A DNA stretch of 63,368 nt, counting the filler, from Octopus bimaculoides (taxonomy: Eukaryota): the NCBI RefSeq assembly GCF_001194135.2. It is 5 parts of 5 records of this genome, joined end to end, with 100 filler letters (N's around TTAATTAATTAA, not from the genome) between each part and the next. Parts side by side here need not be neighbours in the genome. Positions count along the whole stretch, not along the records: positions 1 to 15,612 come from NC_069008.1; positions 15,713 to 45,109 come from NC_069000.1; 3 more parts are not named here. One strand, given 5' to 3'. Every line of letters begins with the position of its first letter. The first letter of the stretch is position 1. Position numbers and translations under genes: made by a program. A model generated the notes under the pieces. The model was given only the letters and a program-made list of their open reading frames with translations, searched no databases and was not told where the DNA came from. This document shows, one piece after another, positions 13,199 through 26,089 of the stretch.

Positions 13199-14661
13199 AG
13201 GAGCAACCTTCATTTCCAATCTTTCTTAAGAAAAAAACATGCCTAGTTATGGAGAACCGACCTGTGGAGTTGAAACAAGAAACTTTGACTTCCAATCCGA
13301 CTCCTCTACTATGGGCACCTCCAATTCCAACTCCTCTGCTATTGGCACTTCTAAGGGGATGGTGATGATGAAGATGATGATGCTAAGGAGGAGGAGGTGG
13401 AGGAGGATGGTGATGATGAGCAAAATGATGATAATGATGGAGATGATGCTGAGGCGGAGGAGGCGGAGAAGAAGGTTATAAACTTGCTCAATCTGGGCTG
13501 ACCTGCAGCTAAATATCATCATCTGTTTTTATATCATCACCATCCACGTTTATATCACCACCATCATACCCCCCCCCACTATCATTATCATCATCATCAT
13601 CATCATTCTTCTCCCGGCATCATTAAAATCCACATAAACATCATCCTTTTCTTTTATACATCATCATCATCATCACTATCAACATCATCATTAACATCAT
13701 CATCACCATCATCATCATCATCATCATCATCCTCGCATCATTATAATCCACAAAACCATCATCGTCTTCATTCATATCATCAGCATCATCATCATCATCA
13801 CTATCAACATCATCATTAACANNNNNNNNNNNNNNNNNNNNNNNNNNNNNNNNNNNNNNNNNNNNNNNNNNNNNNNNNNNNNNNNNNNNNNNNNNNNNNN
13901 NNNNNNNNNNNNNNNNNNNNNNNNNNNNNNNNNNNNNNNNNNNNNNNNNNNNNNNNNNNNNNNNNNNNNNNNNNNNNNNNNNNNNNNNNNNNNNNNNNNN
14001 NNNNNNNNNNNNNNNNNNNNNNNNNNNNNNNNNNNNNNNNNNNNNNNNNNNNNNNNNNNNNNNNNNNNNNNNNNNNNNNNNNNNNNNNNNNNNNNNNNNN
14101 NNNNNNNNNNNNNNNNNNNNNNNNNNNNNNNNNNNNNNNNNNNNNNNNNNNNNNNNNNNNNNNNNNNNNNNNNNNNNNNNNNNNNNNNNNNNNNNNNNNN
14201 NNNNNNNNNNNNNNNNNNNNNNNNNNNNNNNNNNNNNNNNNNNNNNNNNNNNNNNNNNNNNNNNNNNNNNNNNNNNCTGCTGCACCATCTTCTCCACCGT
14301 CGCCACAACCACCACCGTCCCCCCCCACCACCACCATCGCTGTTCACTTTCTCATCTGTATCCCTCCTCCTGCACCCCACTTCTTTCCTTTTCATCTCTT
14401 CATCCCTCCCCACTCCCACCTCATACATCACATTGCGTTATTCTTCCTGTTATTAGGTGCAGGGGTGGCTGTGTGGCTTAACAGGCTTCACTTGCCAACC
14501 GCATGGTTTTGGTTTCAGTCCCACCATGTGGCACATCCACTGTGGCACCAAGCGACTAGAGCCTTGTGTAGAGATGTAGTAAATGAAAGCTGAGACAGGA
14601 CCATCATGTGTGTGTGTACACACACACATACAAAAATATATATACACATGTATATATATAT

Positions 14662-14693
<32 letters not shown>

Positions 14694-15022
14694 GTACATA
14701 TATATATATATACATATNNNNNNNNNNACACACATATATATATATATGTACATATATATATATATACATATATATATACATAATACACACACACACACAC
14801 AAATATATATATATATATGAATGAGCATATATATATATATATACATATATACATAGGCATATGCGTATATACATATATATACATGTATTAATATATACAT
14901 ATGAGTATATATATGTATATACATATACATATATGTATATATACATCGATATAAACATACATATATATATACCCATTTATATACTTTATATATATATGTA
15001 CATATATATGTATGTATGTATG

Positions 15023-15057
<35 letters not shown>

Positions 15058-15087
15058 NNNNNNNNNNNNNNNNNNNNNNNNNNNNNN

Positions 15088-15154
<67 letters not shown>

Positions 15155-15383
15155 TCACAAGCATGTATATACATATACACATGCACACACATATGCATGC
15201 ATATATACATATATGCATATATGTACATGTATGTGTGTGACTGTCATGCAAGCAGTGTTGTTCATTTGCAATTTTCCATGAAAAGATGTCAGGCCATGGG
15301 GGGAAAATATAGCCATACATGGAGACAAGTAGACAATGGCCCAATAAAACGATGGCGATGATGACGGTGCTGATGATGATGGA

Positions 15384-15425
<42 letters not shown>

Positions 15426-15427
15426 AA

Positions 15428-15459
<32 letters not shown>

Positions 15460-15656
15460 ATGATGATGATTTTGATATCTCAGTTACAAACGACAGGTGT
15501 CAATGTGGCCGGCATAGTTAAAAAAGTTTGCCTTGCAAACATGCCATTGTATGTGTGTATGCATGTATGAATGTATGTATGCATGTTTGTACGTGCACAC
15601 TTGTATGCGTATNNNNNNNNNNNNNNNNNNNNNNNNNNNNNNNNNNNNNNNNNNNN

Positions 15657-15668
15657 TTAATTAATTAA
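15657..15668. other. Assembly spacer TTAATTAATTAA (also 45154-45165, 56859-56870, 61398-61409)
   Basis: Identical 12-mer with stops in all six frames, each centred between two 44-N runs (100 bp total); not biological. Confidence 0.95.
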
Positions 15669-15712
15669 NNNNNNNNNNNNNNNNNNNNNNNNNNNNNNNN
15701 NNNNNNNNNNNN

Positions 15713-15806
15713 GGTGGATGTTACTGTTGCTTTTAGCCCCAGGAGGACATCTCCTCCAGCTGGAGGAGATGTCCTCCTGGGGCTAAAAGCAACAGTAACA
15801 TCCACC
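15713..15806. repeat. 94-bp perfect spacer-less palindrome
   Basis: 47-bp arms, exact reverse complements, centre CAG|CTG at 15759/15760; starts at a gap edge. Confidence 0.97.
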
Positions 15807-16078
15807 CCTAGGGGTCAGCCACACTTAAGTGGCAATATACTACACTTTATCGTGCAGTTACTGTTAATACTTCATTTAGAGAATTATATATATATGTATA
15901 TACATATATAGCATATATATATGTATATACATATATAGCATATATATAGCATATATATAGCATATATATATGTATATACATATATAGCATATATATATAT
16001 ATACACAAAGGGATTTGTATGATTGTGTATAGAAGAGTATATTACTCAAAGGGATTTCCAACTCTGCCTGTTTTTCAT

Positions 16079-16150
16079 ATTTTATTTATAATCTTCTAAT
16101 ATCAATATAAGATATATCTTATATTAATATTAGAAGATTATAAGTAAAAT
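16079..16150. repeat. 72-bp AT-rich palindrome, 2 mismatches
   Basis: 36-bp arms, centre GATA|TATC at 16114/16115; ends at a gap edge. Confidence 0.9.
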
Positions 16151-17002
16151 NNNNNNNNNNNNNNNNNNNNNNNNNNNNNNNNNNNNNNNNNNNNNNNNNN
16201 NNNNNNNNNNNNNNNNNNNNNNNNNNNNNNNNNNNNNNNNNNNNNNNNNNNNNNNNNNNNNNNNNNNNNNNNNNNNNNNNNNNNNNNNNNNNNNNNNNNN
16301 NNNNNNNNNNNNNNNNNNNNNNNNNNNNNNNNNNNNNNNNNNNNNNNNNNNNNNNNNNNNNNNNNNNNNNNNNNNNNNNNNNNNNNNNNNNNNNNNNNNN
16401 NNNNNNNNNNNNNNNNNNNNNNNNNNNNNNNNNNNNNNNNNNNNNNNNNNNNNNNNNNNNNNNNNNNNNNNNNNNNNNNNNNNNNNNNNNNNNNNNNNNN
16501 NNNNNNNNNNNNNNNNNNNNNNNNNNNNNNNNNNNNNNNNNNNNNNNNNNNNNNNNNNNNNNNNNNNNNNNNNNNNNNNNNNNNNNNNNNNNNNNNNNNN
16601 NNNNNNNNNNNNNNNNNNNNNNNNNNNNNNNNNNNNNNNNNNNNNNNNNNTATATATATATATATATATATATATCAGATAAGTGTATCTTATATGTGTG
16701 TATGTATGTATTTGCATGGAGGAAAATAAAATTCAAAACATGAGTACATATACATTTTCTGTTAATAATCGGCAAAAATTATAGAGTGACTCGAGGATTG
16801 AGAGTTTCACACTTATATATACAAAACACTCGGCCTTTGAATCACTCAATAACTTTTGCCGATTATTGATAATACACGCACACACACGTGCGCACACTCA
16901 CTCACATACACATACTTGTGTTTAGGCTCACATATATGCTTATATCTATACATACACACACACACACACACACGCACGCACACACTCGCGCGCATATATA
17001 TA

Positions 17003-17200
17003 GGGAGAATTCACAAAAAAAAAGACGAAAACAGGTAGTGTAGAAAACAAACAGATGTATTAGTATAACGCTCGGGAATTGAAAAAGTTTTTAACGTTTC
17101 GAGCATACGTTCTTCCACAGAAAGGAACACAGAAAGAAACAAGGAGAGAAACAAGCAGAGAGAAAAAAATGTGTGTAGCGGTTAGCGATCTATCATGACG
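17003..17200 (-). mobile_element. Short Penelope-like terminal repeat carrying a hammerhead-like motif
   Basis: Minus strand 17126-17088: CCTTT-CTGTGGA-A-GAAC-GTAT-GCTC-GAAA-CGTT-AAAA. Element class inferred from motif layout only. Confidence 0.45.
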
Positions 17201-17835
17201 AAAATATATATATATATATAAACCCATTCGTGTACATATAGACACATACATGCACTCATATATGCATCTTGAAATACACGCATATATTTTCATACATAGT
17301 TTGTCGAATCTGCACTTCGAAAGTTTATGAAAAATAGAACATGAAATTAGTATATACAGCCATGCATACCTTCAAGGCTCGTTTTTAACACCATGTACAT
17401 GTATTTAAGTATTAATTAATTAGACACAATATTGTGCATATTCGATAATCTGAAATTCAATGTACACGTACGTTTTTCTTTTTCTGTTTTCTTTTTGGCT
17501 TCACTGTGAAGTGTAAACAAATACTTACAACTCTTCGTGGCCGAAAATTATTAGAGTTGTCCGAACTAGTTTCACCTCTATTTAGAGATTCATCGGGGAA
17601 AATCTACCTTAATTTTCTGCCCATTGAGACATCAAAAATTTATTCCTATTTATATCAGATGCAAGCAGGGACTCAGCCGAAAAGGCCAGTCTAATTTGCA
17701 TTGCAGCGAATTCGGGTAATGAATTAATTATGCACAACAAAAGGTATACTGGACAATCAGAAATTAAATGTAAGTATACCAATGATTTTTTAATATAATA
17801 AGACTCACTGCGAAATGTAAAATATATAATATTGA

Positions 17836-18052
17836 CTTCAAATTTTGGTACAGGGTCAGTAATTTCGGAGAAGGGATGGGGATAAGTCGATTACATCCAC
17901 CCCAGTGTTCAACTGCTACTTATTTTATCGACTTTGAAAGGAGTGAAACGCGAAGTCGACCTCAGCGGAATTTGAATTCAAAATGTAAAGATGGACGAAA
18001 TGCCGCTTAGCATTTTACCTGCTGTGCTGACGATGCTACCAGCTCACCGCCC
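17836..18052 (-). mobile_element. SINE family 2
   Basis: Similarity to the 54927 element. Confidence 0.75.
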
Positions 18053-20932
18053 ACGTAAAACATATAATGTTAATGACAGAAAATTATTAGGTAATTCAGC
18101 CAATGTCTTTTCAGGGTATAGCCCCACACTATTCGGGGTTCATCGAAAAAATTTAAAATTATCCAGTATATGATGTGCTGTAAATAATGCTGCCAAGGAA
18201 TATACAGTAATGCAAATTAGACTAGTCTCTTAAACTGAGTTCTGGTTTGTGTTGATATGAATACGTTTAAACTATTACTTTCTTCGTATGTAGAATATCA
18301 GGTTAAATGTTTCGGGTGAGTCTCCAAATAGAGATGAGACAAATCAGAGTAATTTCTATATTATTCTTCCCCGCGAAGTTATAAGCATTTATTTATATTT
18401 TAAAGCTTTATAATTTAAAATAAATAAATTGAAGATATCTTACATTAAATTTCAGATTCTTTGTTCAAGAAAAAAAATTGTGCACTAAATTATGTCTAAA
18501 TGAAAGTTATTCATTTTGTTCCAAGGCATCATTTAAAGATAGAAACGGAGATACTTGACTATTGTAGACACGCAAGAAAATACTTTATTCAGAACTATGA
18601 TTTAAGGAAAATTCTGAATACTGAAAAAAAAAAAAAAAGAAAAAAATGCGGGTCGTATCATCTGCTTTCTTTTTATTTTATTTTTTTTTTTTTGAGATGG
18701 ATGTATATTAGAATATTCAAAGATTTTTAATTACTTCCCTTGAACAGTATTTTTTTTTATTTATTACTCATGCAATAAAAAATATACTCCCGCACAAGAT
18801 TTTTTTTTTTTAACATATTTTCACATCTACATATTTAATCATTTATACAACTTTAAATTCTCTTCTGCAAATGATAGCCTCCACTGTCTATATTTTCAAG
18901 TAATGGTTATGTTTATTCAATCAGTGCTTGTTATAAATTTCAAAGATGCCAACTGTATAGCAATTATGAAGTAGTTTGTTTCAATTTTAATAATCGTCTG
19001 AAGAGTGGTTACGAGATACTTAGAGTAACGAATCCAATAAATTATCACGGATTTTATCACCTCTTTTATGTAAATCCTAAACATCTAAAATTTTGAGTTA
19101 TTTCCCTTGAATAGTTAGTCATTTTCTGCACACGAAATTAGATTTTTCGTAACCTCATCTCTTTTCTAATTAGCAAATAACTGCTATATTTTCAATCAAT
19201 AGGTTTCTCTCAGTCCATGTTATGCCATCAGCGCCTTTTATAATATTTAAAAATGTCCACTGTATCTATTATAAATTAGTTTTATGTTCCATTTTTGGTA
19301 ATCGTTCGAAGACCGGAACCGAGAAATTCAGACTAATAATTTGTTATGCTTTAACTTTCTACAATGTGTGTGTGTGTGTGTGTGTGTGCGGGCGGGCGTG
19401 TACGTGTGAGTGCGTGCGCGTGTACATTGCATGCACACAGGCAGCGAAATAGCAGAGTAGAGTCATTTGAGCGAGGAATAGGTTATGTTATGGTATTTGT
19501 TCCGGTGCTCTACGCTCTGAGTTCAAAACTCGCCAAATGGTCAGGACGCATCACTTGACCACGGAACTAGCAGTGATTATGAAAGTTGCATTATGAAAGA
19601 CGGAGGAGGTAGCTTCATTCGAACGCTGGTAATGTTCGCACAGACACGTTCGCATGCACAGGCGGCCAGACATACACATCACATGCACATACACACATAC
19701 ACACATGACGGACCCATGCAAGTGATCTCTCGCCTTGACATATTTTATCGATAAGACTCCCCTTTCACTATTCAAGAAACTTGTGATAGCTTGGAAGCTC
19801 CTTCATTATTCATATCTAATTTTCCCCCCTATATATATGTCTTTGCATGTGCTTACTTTTTGAGATAATTATGTACCACAATTTGTATTGTTGTGCACTT
19901 TGTCCATTGCATATGATTTTATCTGCATCAAGATATTTTGATTTTCGTCTTGTAAGTATAATTTCAATCCGTATATGTATGTATGTACGTACGTACGTAT
20001 GTATGTATGTATTGTGTGTCTATTCATATGCATGTATGAATGTGTGTATATAACGTTATGTCTGTACATGCATACATAGATACAAAGATACATACATACA
20101 TGCATACATACATACATACATACATACATACATACATACGTACATACATACATACATACATACGTACTTCTGTCTGTGTCTATACCAAAGGCAGCTCTTG
20201 TTGTTGACATGTTTCGAAAACACGACTGTGTCCCAGTTTTATCTTTTTTTCAACTTCATTTTTCCTTTTGGTGTCTTCATTGGAGTCATTGCAAATTGTT
20301 TCGAATAGTAAAGTCTCTAAACTTATCACTAATGTTTCTAGATCTTCACAATCTCATCTTCACGATAAAATGATGTTGGCATGTATTGATGGATATTATT
20401 GTCGGCAAGGCCAATGTGACTGGTGTTGACACTAACACCAGAATATGAATTTTTACCGTCATACGTCATTAACCTTATTCTTATTTTGATTGTGATTATC
20501 GTAGGTTTTCTGTGTGTGCCTTATGAATATAGCTGCCTTTATTAATCGTTGTAAAAATAAAGTAGAACAAGAACAGAAGGGGCGTCATTGATAATTTCAG
20601 GCCCTAAACATCGAATGCAGTTTGACCAAGGTGACGGCAAAAATACTACAGCTTGTGATAGGGTGTGCACAGACCTGTGCGATTTCCAATATATTTAGCT
20701 CCAGCAAGTGCCAGTTTCCGAAGCGATGTCTGATGTGACATTCTGAATGGAGATGAGTTAAAGAGATTGGTACAACACCTCTGATGACATTCAAATTGAC
20801 ATCGACTTTCGACTAAAACAGTTTTTTTCTTTGTGTGTGTTTGTTTTTATTTATTTATTTATTTATTTTTGTTATTTATCACTCTTGGGTACAACCAAGC
20901 TTCCATTATAGGGGAACGTTGTGTAGTGAATC

Positions 20933-20970
<38 letters not shown>

Positions 20971-21639
20971 NNNNNNNNNNNNNNNNNNNNNNNNNNNNNN
21001 NNNNNNNNNNNNNNNNNNNNNNNNNNNNNNNNNNNNNNNNNNNNNNNNNNNNNNNNNNNNNNNNNNNNNNNNNNNNNNNNNNNNNNNNNNNNNNNNNNNN
21101 NNNNNNNNNNNNNNNNNNNNNNNNNNNNNNNNNNNNNNNNNNNNNNNNNNNNNNNNNNNNNNNNNNNNNNNNNNNNNNNNNNNNNNNNNNNNNNNNNNNN
21201 NNNNNNNNNNNNNNNNNNNNNNNNNNNNNNNNNNNNNNNNNNNNNNNNNNNNNNNNNNNNNNNNNNNNNNNNNNNNNNNNNNNNNNNNNNNNNNNNNNNN
21301 NNNNNNNNNNNNNNNNNNNNNNNNNNNNNNNNNNNNNNNNNNNNNNNNNNNNNNNNNNNNNNNNNNNNNNNNNNNNNNNNNNNNNNNNNNNNNNNNNNNN
21401 NNNNNNNNNNNNNNNNNNNNNNNNNNNNNNNNNNNNNNNNNNNNNNNNNNNNNNNNNNNNNNNNNNNNNNNNNNNNNNNNNNNNNNNNNNNNNNNNNNNN
21501 NNNNNNNNNNNNNNNNNNNNNNNNNNNNNNNNNNNNNNNNNNNNNNNNNNNNNNNNNNNNNNNNNNNNNNNNNNNNNNNNNNNNNNNNNNNNNNNNNNNN
21601 NNNNNNNNNNNNNNNNNNNNNNNNNNNNNNNNNTATACA

Positions 21640-21950
21640 TGATGGAGGTTTAGTGCTTAGGATATTCAGCTAACGGTCATGAGTTCGATTCCTGGCGGCG
21701 CATTTTGTCCTCGGGCAAGACACTTTATTTCCCGTTGCTCCAGTCTACTCAGCTGACAAAAATGAGTAGTACTTAAGATTGAAAAGTCCAGCCATGTTAC
21801 ACTCTGTGCCTTGCTGAACCTCTCCAAGAATTACGTTAACGCTACACGTGTCTGTGGAGTGCTTAGCCGCTTGTACGTTAATATCACAAGCATGCAGTTC
21901 CGTTGATCGGATCAATTGGAACCCTCGTTGTCGTAACCGACGGAGTGTTA
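21640..21950 (+). mobile_element. tRNA-derived SINE family 3
   Basis: GAGTTCGATTCC B-box, then GGGCAAGACACTTTATTTCCCGTTGCTCCAGTCTACTCAGCTG. Confidence 0.65.
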
Positions 21951-22846
21951 GTAGTATCTTCACATTGCTATTTTTCTGAGATAGAACTTCATTTTAGTAA
22001 CATTTTTTTAAATATAATTTCTTTATTTATTTACACTGTTGAAATTTGGTGGCGAGGAGTATTTAGAAGAACTTTGCTTCGTTATTGTATTTCCAAGTAT
22101 ATTTTAATGAAATTAGTGTAGGCGGTTCTATTATAATGTGAAACATTTCCTGAAATACTCCAAACAGGCAACGTTTGTCACCTATGTTATAAGGAGTAGC
22201 GGATATTCCTTTCAGAATATCACATGGTAGTGGCTTGTTCCTGTTTCTCCTGTTTTGTGAATATTGTTGCTTCCGCTTTTCCACTCAGGATGGATGTGTG
22301 CATCCACATGAAAATCAGCTTCTTTTTATTCATATATGGAGCTTCCTGTTTGCGGAAATATTGGCCATATAAAGGTAACCTTTTATGGTTATTCGTCAGA
22401 GAAAACCTAGCTTTCGTTCGTATAACTGTTCTGGTAGCTTTAATTATTCGAAGTTTAAGTTAACTTCCTGTGAGAATTTTCCCGAGTCAAAATATCTTCT
22501 AATATAGCCCCAGGCTGACTAATACAGTATGAGTGAATTTGATAGGCTGAAAGTGTGTGGAAATCCGTCGTGTGTGTGTATGCGTACATATATGTATGTG
22601 GTTTACGTCCCGTAACTTAGCGATCCGACGAAAGAGACCAAAAGAATAAGTACTAGGCTTTAAAATATGTCCTTGGGGTCAATTTTTCGCCTAAACCCTT
22701 CAATACGCTGCCCCGCTATGGTCGCAGTCCAATGACTGAAACAAGTTTTTCAAAAGCGATAAAAGATCTATTAGTCTTTAGTTGGGCATTGTCTTTTTTT
22801 CTACTGGCAAGAAACCTTCTTTGCAGTCAGTTCGGATTGTTTTAAA

Positions 22847-23159
22847 CATTAGTTCTCAATCGGTCCATAAGCAATTTTTTGGGGTCCACACAAGTAAAAT
22901 AGTAAATCGGATCCACAGTAGTAATTTGCAGATCCACGAAAAAATTCTGCTTCAAATGTTATTTACTGTAAGAAACAGCTACGTTTCTTTCTTTGTCGTT
23001 TTACTTAGTTCTGCCTATACGTAGTTCTGCCTATACAATAGGAATTTTGAAAGAAGTATCGATAAAACTAGTTTTTTAGCATCGAATGGTTATGGGGGTC
23101 CACCAGAATATAATAGTAATCAAAGGGGTCCATAGATAGAAAATGGTTGAGAACCACTC
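22847..23159. mobile_element. hAT-type MITE
   Basis: CATTAGTTCTCAATC ... GGTTGAGAACCACTC (degenerate CAGTGGTTCTCAACC TIR); 8-bp flanks GTTTTAAA / GTTTAAAA (1 mismatch) fit an hAT TSD. Confidence 0.55.
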
Positions 23160-23289
23160 GTTTAAAAGATAAGCCGTTGCCTGACGGTGCATTGTTTACC
23201 TGTGTGACATACAAGCATTTATGACACCCTGAAAGTTGCTTCGAAAACGTTTTAATTTTTATCGCATTTTTTGTTTGTTTGTTTGTTTG

Positions 23290-23470
23290 TTTGTTTTCTG
23301 TAGTCTTGTGTTTTCATGTGTACTGGTGTATCTTGAGAAGACAAGCTGTTCTTCAATTAGGTCTTTGACGTCACACAGACATTTAAATTGATAGGGTTTT
23401 TCTAAGGATGTGGACAGTACTTGTCAGCACAGTCTCTTGGATTTCTCTGAGACATGGTTCTCCTGGGATA
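23290..23470 (-). mobile_element. Dong/R4-clade LINE 3' end (lineage C)
   Basis: Minus strand: (TAA)n then IPGEPCLREIQETVLTSTVHILRKTLSI*. Confidence 0.7.
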
Positions 23471-23639
23471 TTATTATTATTATTACTATTATTATTATTG
23501 CCAAATTTTAACCGCTTCAAAAAAATGTTCTCTGGTACTCATATGAGCCTCTATATGTCTTAGGATCCCGTTGCCTGGATCTCGTTGCCTGGATCTCGTT
23601 ACCTGGATCCCGTTTTCCACTGTTTCACGTTGGTTGTTT

Positions 23640-25260
23640 TACTTCGGAAAATATTCGTTGGATTGCCAGACTTCTTCAAGAACATAGAAACATTTTTGGA
23701 AACGCCTTGTTTAGTAGTATCAGTGGGCGACCAGGATGGCACCTTGGACTCACGCTGGAACTGTGCGTGAGTATTTGATAAGAGACCAAGATGTAAAAGC
23801 CTTAGCGAACCTGTTCTAACTGCTAAACACTCATCGACTAGATTCCAAAATTTACTAATCTGGTCTAGTTCAAACCGCATCAGGTTATTAAGATCATATC
23901 TAGATAGAGTATTAATTAGGTCAGCAGATAAGGATAATGCAGAGCGTCATCAGTTTCAGCGGATTGGTTATACAGATTACAATCTTGTTGTCTACAGGTT
24001 TGCCTAAATATGACGTTCTGAGAGGGACCTGGTTACTTTAAACTAACTCGTCATACCTGATGTCTAAAGCCTATGACGATCGAATAAGTAAACTAGCTAC
24101 GCGATATTTGATAGGGACAATCGCCAACAATTGCAGGGATTCTCTTTGAAAAGTGTCATTAAAATAGAATCCGTAGGATTTTGTAAAAAATTATCTATAG
24201 AGTAAATTTGATTATATTTAAAACAAATTGACTGGCGGTTGTTAATGACATCGAATCATTTACAAATTAGTTAACTGAAATAAGTGTAAATATAATTGAA
24301 CAGAAAAACAAGAAAAAAACCGGAAGGTGAAAGTTCATAATAATTCTTCATAGATTGGTAGACATCCAGTGAGTTCATACCCACGTATCACAGATAAGAG
24401 AGAGAGGAGAACCTCTATGAACTTTCCTTTTCCTGTTTTTCTACTTAATTATATTTACACTCACTTCTGTATAACAAATCTATAAATGTTTTGATACCAC
24501 TGACAACCGCCAATCCCTCTTTTATTTTATTTCATTTGTCGACTTTTGTTTGCCTGGATCCTGTCTCCCATCGTTTCGCAATGTTTTTTTTTTTGTTTTT
24601 TTTTCGAGTATTTGATCTCGTCTGAGCACTAATCTGTCCGTATGTACTATACACTTTTTAACGTATTCTTACCGATTATATATCTACAGAACAGATTAAA
24701 GGAGTTAGTCGGTTGCTTAAAGGAGGTGACTGAAAAAGCCATCGCGACCGACGTGCTCTTGTGATGAACAAAAACAAGATGCTCGGCCATTTCTTCGACA
24801 CAAAACACGGAGGTTATGTAGTTAGAGCTAAGGCTCACGCTCTTTGTCACGGAAGACCAAAGTGGTTTGTTGGATCAATGTTGCAGGTCTTTACCAGATC
24901 ATGATGTGCATGATATGTTGGGTTTAATGCAAATGTGTGCGGATTTCCAGCAGCACCTTACACAAGGGTTTGGTCTTAATTGTAGACTGGAGATCAAGGA
25001 CTTGAATACGCAAGAATTAAACTAGAGATGAAAGATTTGTTGCCGTTCTCAGAAGAAACGACAATGATAGCCAAGCTAAGGCCACGGTTGGTGATGAGTG
25101 ATTGTTTAAAAAGAAAATCGCTTGGCTTTGATGCATTGCCTTACTAGAGTTATAGATACGTGTCACACTTGCTTGCTCCTCACTTAGCAAACATCTTTTG
25201 CAACTGAAAACAGACTGTGAACATTTTCAGCAATGTTAGGCAGGAAGCGGTTCAAAATAC
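23640..25260 (+). pseudogene. Degenerate L1/Tx1-clade LINE ORF2 (APE endonuclease to RT N-terminus)
   Basis: RSYLDRVLIR...IGYTDYNLV (23891-23995, APE motifs), GPGYFKLNSSYL, and MSDCLKRKSLGFDALPY*SY...LANIFCN* (25091-25230; cf. KSPGxDGLPYE). Many stops; interrupted by a MITE at 24230-24515. Confidence 0.75.
24230..24515. mobile_element. About 286-bp foldback MITE with long (about 100 bp) imperfect inverted repeats
   Basis: Left GACTGGCGGTTGTTAATG...AGTGTAAATATAATT...AGAAAAACAAGAAAA mirrors right TTTTCCTGTTTTTCT...AATTATATTTACACT...CACTGACAACCGCCAATC. No TSD recognised. Confidence 0.7.
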
Positions 25261-25391
25261 GCCGAAGTTAGCTAGAAGTCTTATCTTTTAGGGGTCTCTA
25301 AAATAAAATATCAGTCAAGTACTTGGGTCGATATATAATCAAGCGTTCCCTTTCCCCATATTTTCGGTTCTGTATCATCGTTAGAAATTTA

Positions 25392-25590
25392 CAGAATCGT
25401 TAGCACGCCGGACAAAATGTTTTAAGGCAATTTGTCTGCCTTTACATTCTGAGTTCAAATTCAACCGAGGTCGACTTTGCCTTTCACCCTTTCGGGATCG
25501 ATAAATTAAGTACCAGTGAAATTCTGGGGTCGATGTAATCGACTAGTCCCCTCCCTCAAAACTTCAGGCCTTGTGCCTATAATAGAAAGA

Positions 25591-25642
<52 letters not shown>
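25392..25642 (+). mobile_element. SINE family 2 with (ATT)n tail
   Basis: Similarity to the 54927 element; (ATT)n at 25591-25642; a second degenerate head follows directly. Confidence 0.78.
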
Positions 25643-25643
<1 letters not shown>

Positions 25644-26089
25644 GCCAGTACGCGGACAGAATTGTTAGCGCATCGGAAAAATGCTTAGCAGCATTTTATC
25701 CAGTCCTTTATGTTCTGAAGTCATATACCACCGAGGGATTTCATCCTTTCAGGGTTAAGAAAAATAAGTACTAGCGAATGTACATGCGTTTATACAGTTT
25801 GTATTTATATCTGTTTTTTTAATATTTTTTTTTAATGCGAACACAAGTGTGCATGTGTTTATAGATATACATGTTTAAGTAGATAAGTGCAATGATGTGT
25901 GTGCACACGTGTATGTGTCTGTATGTGTACGTGTGTGTGTGTAAAAAATATTTTTTAATGGCAAATGCATAAATGATGCAGACAGCAAGAATAATCAATG
26001 TGAAAAGGCAGTAGAGAGTATCAGTAAAACTATTGTCTAACGTTATTGATATGTATGATGAAGTTATAAGTAATTTTTCCATTTTATAT

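Noticed and set aside
15657-15668. TTAATTAATTAA as a homeodomain or PacI-type site repeated four times
   Set aside because: Always centred between 44-N runs; an assembly spacer.
17688-18223. Inverted 15-mer AATGCAAATTAGACT (octamer-containing) at 17688-17702 and 18209-18223
   Set aside because: Flanks do not extend the match; one 15-bp AT-rich match is not clearly beyond chance. It would need conservation data.
23563-23612. 15-bp tandem GGATC(T/C)CGTT(G/A)CCT repeats
   Set aside because: Short local duplication at the edge of the Tx1 relic; no evidence of function.
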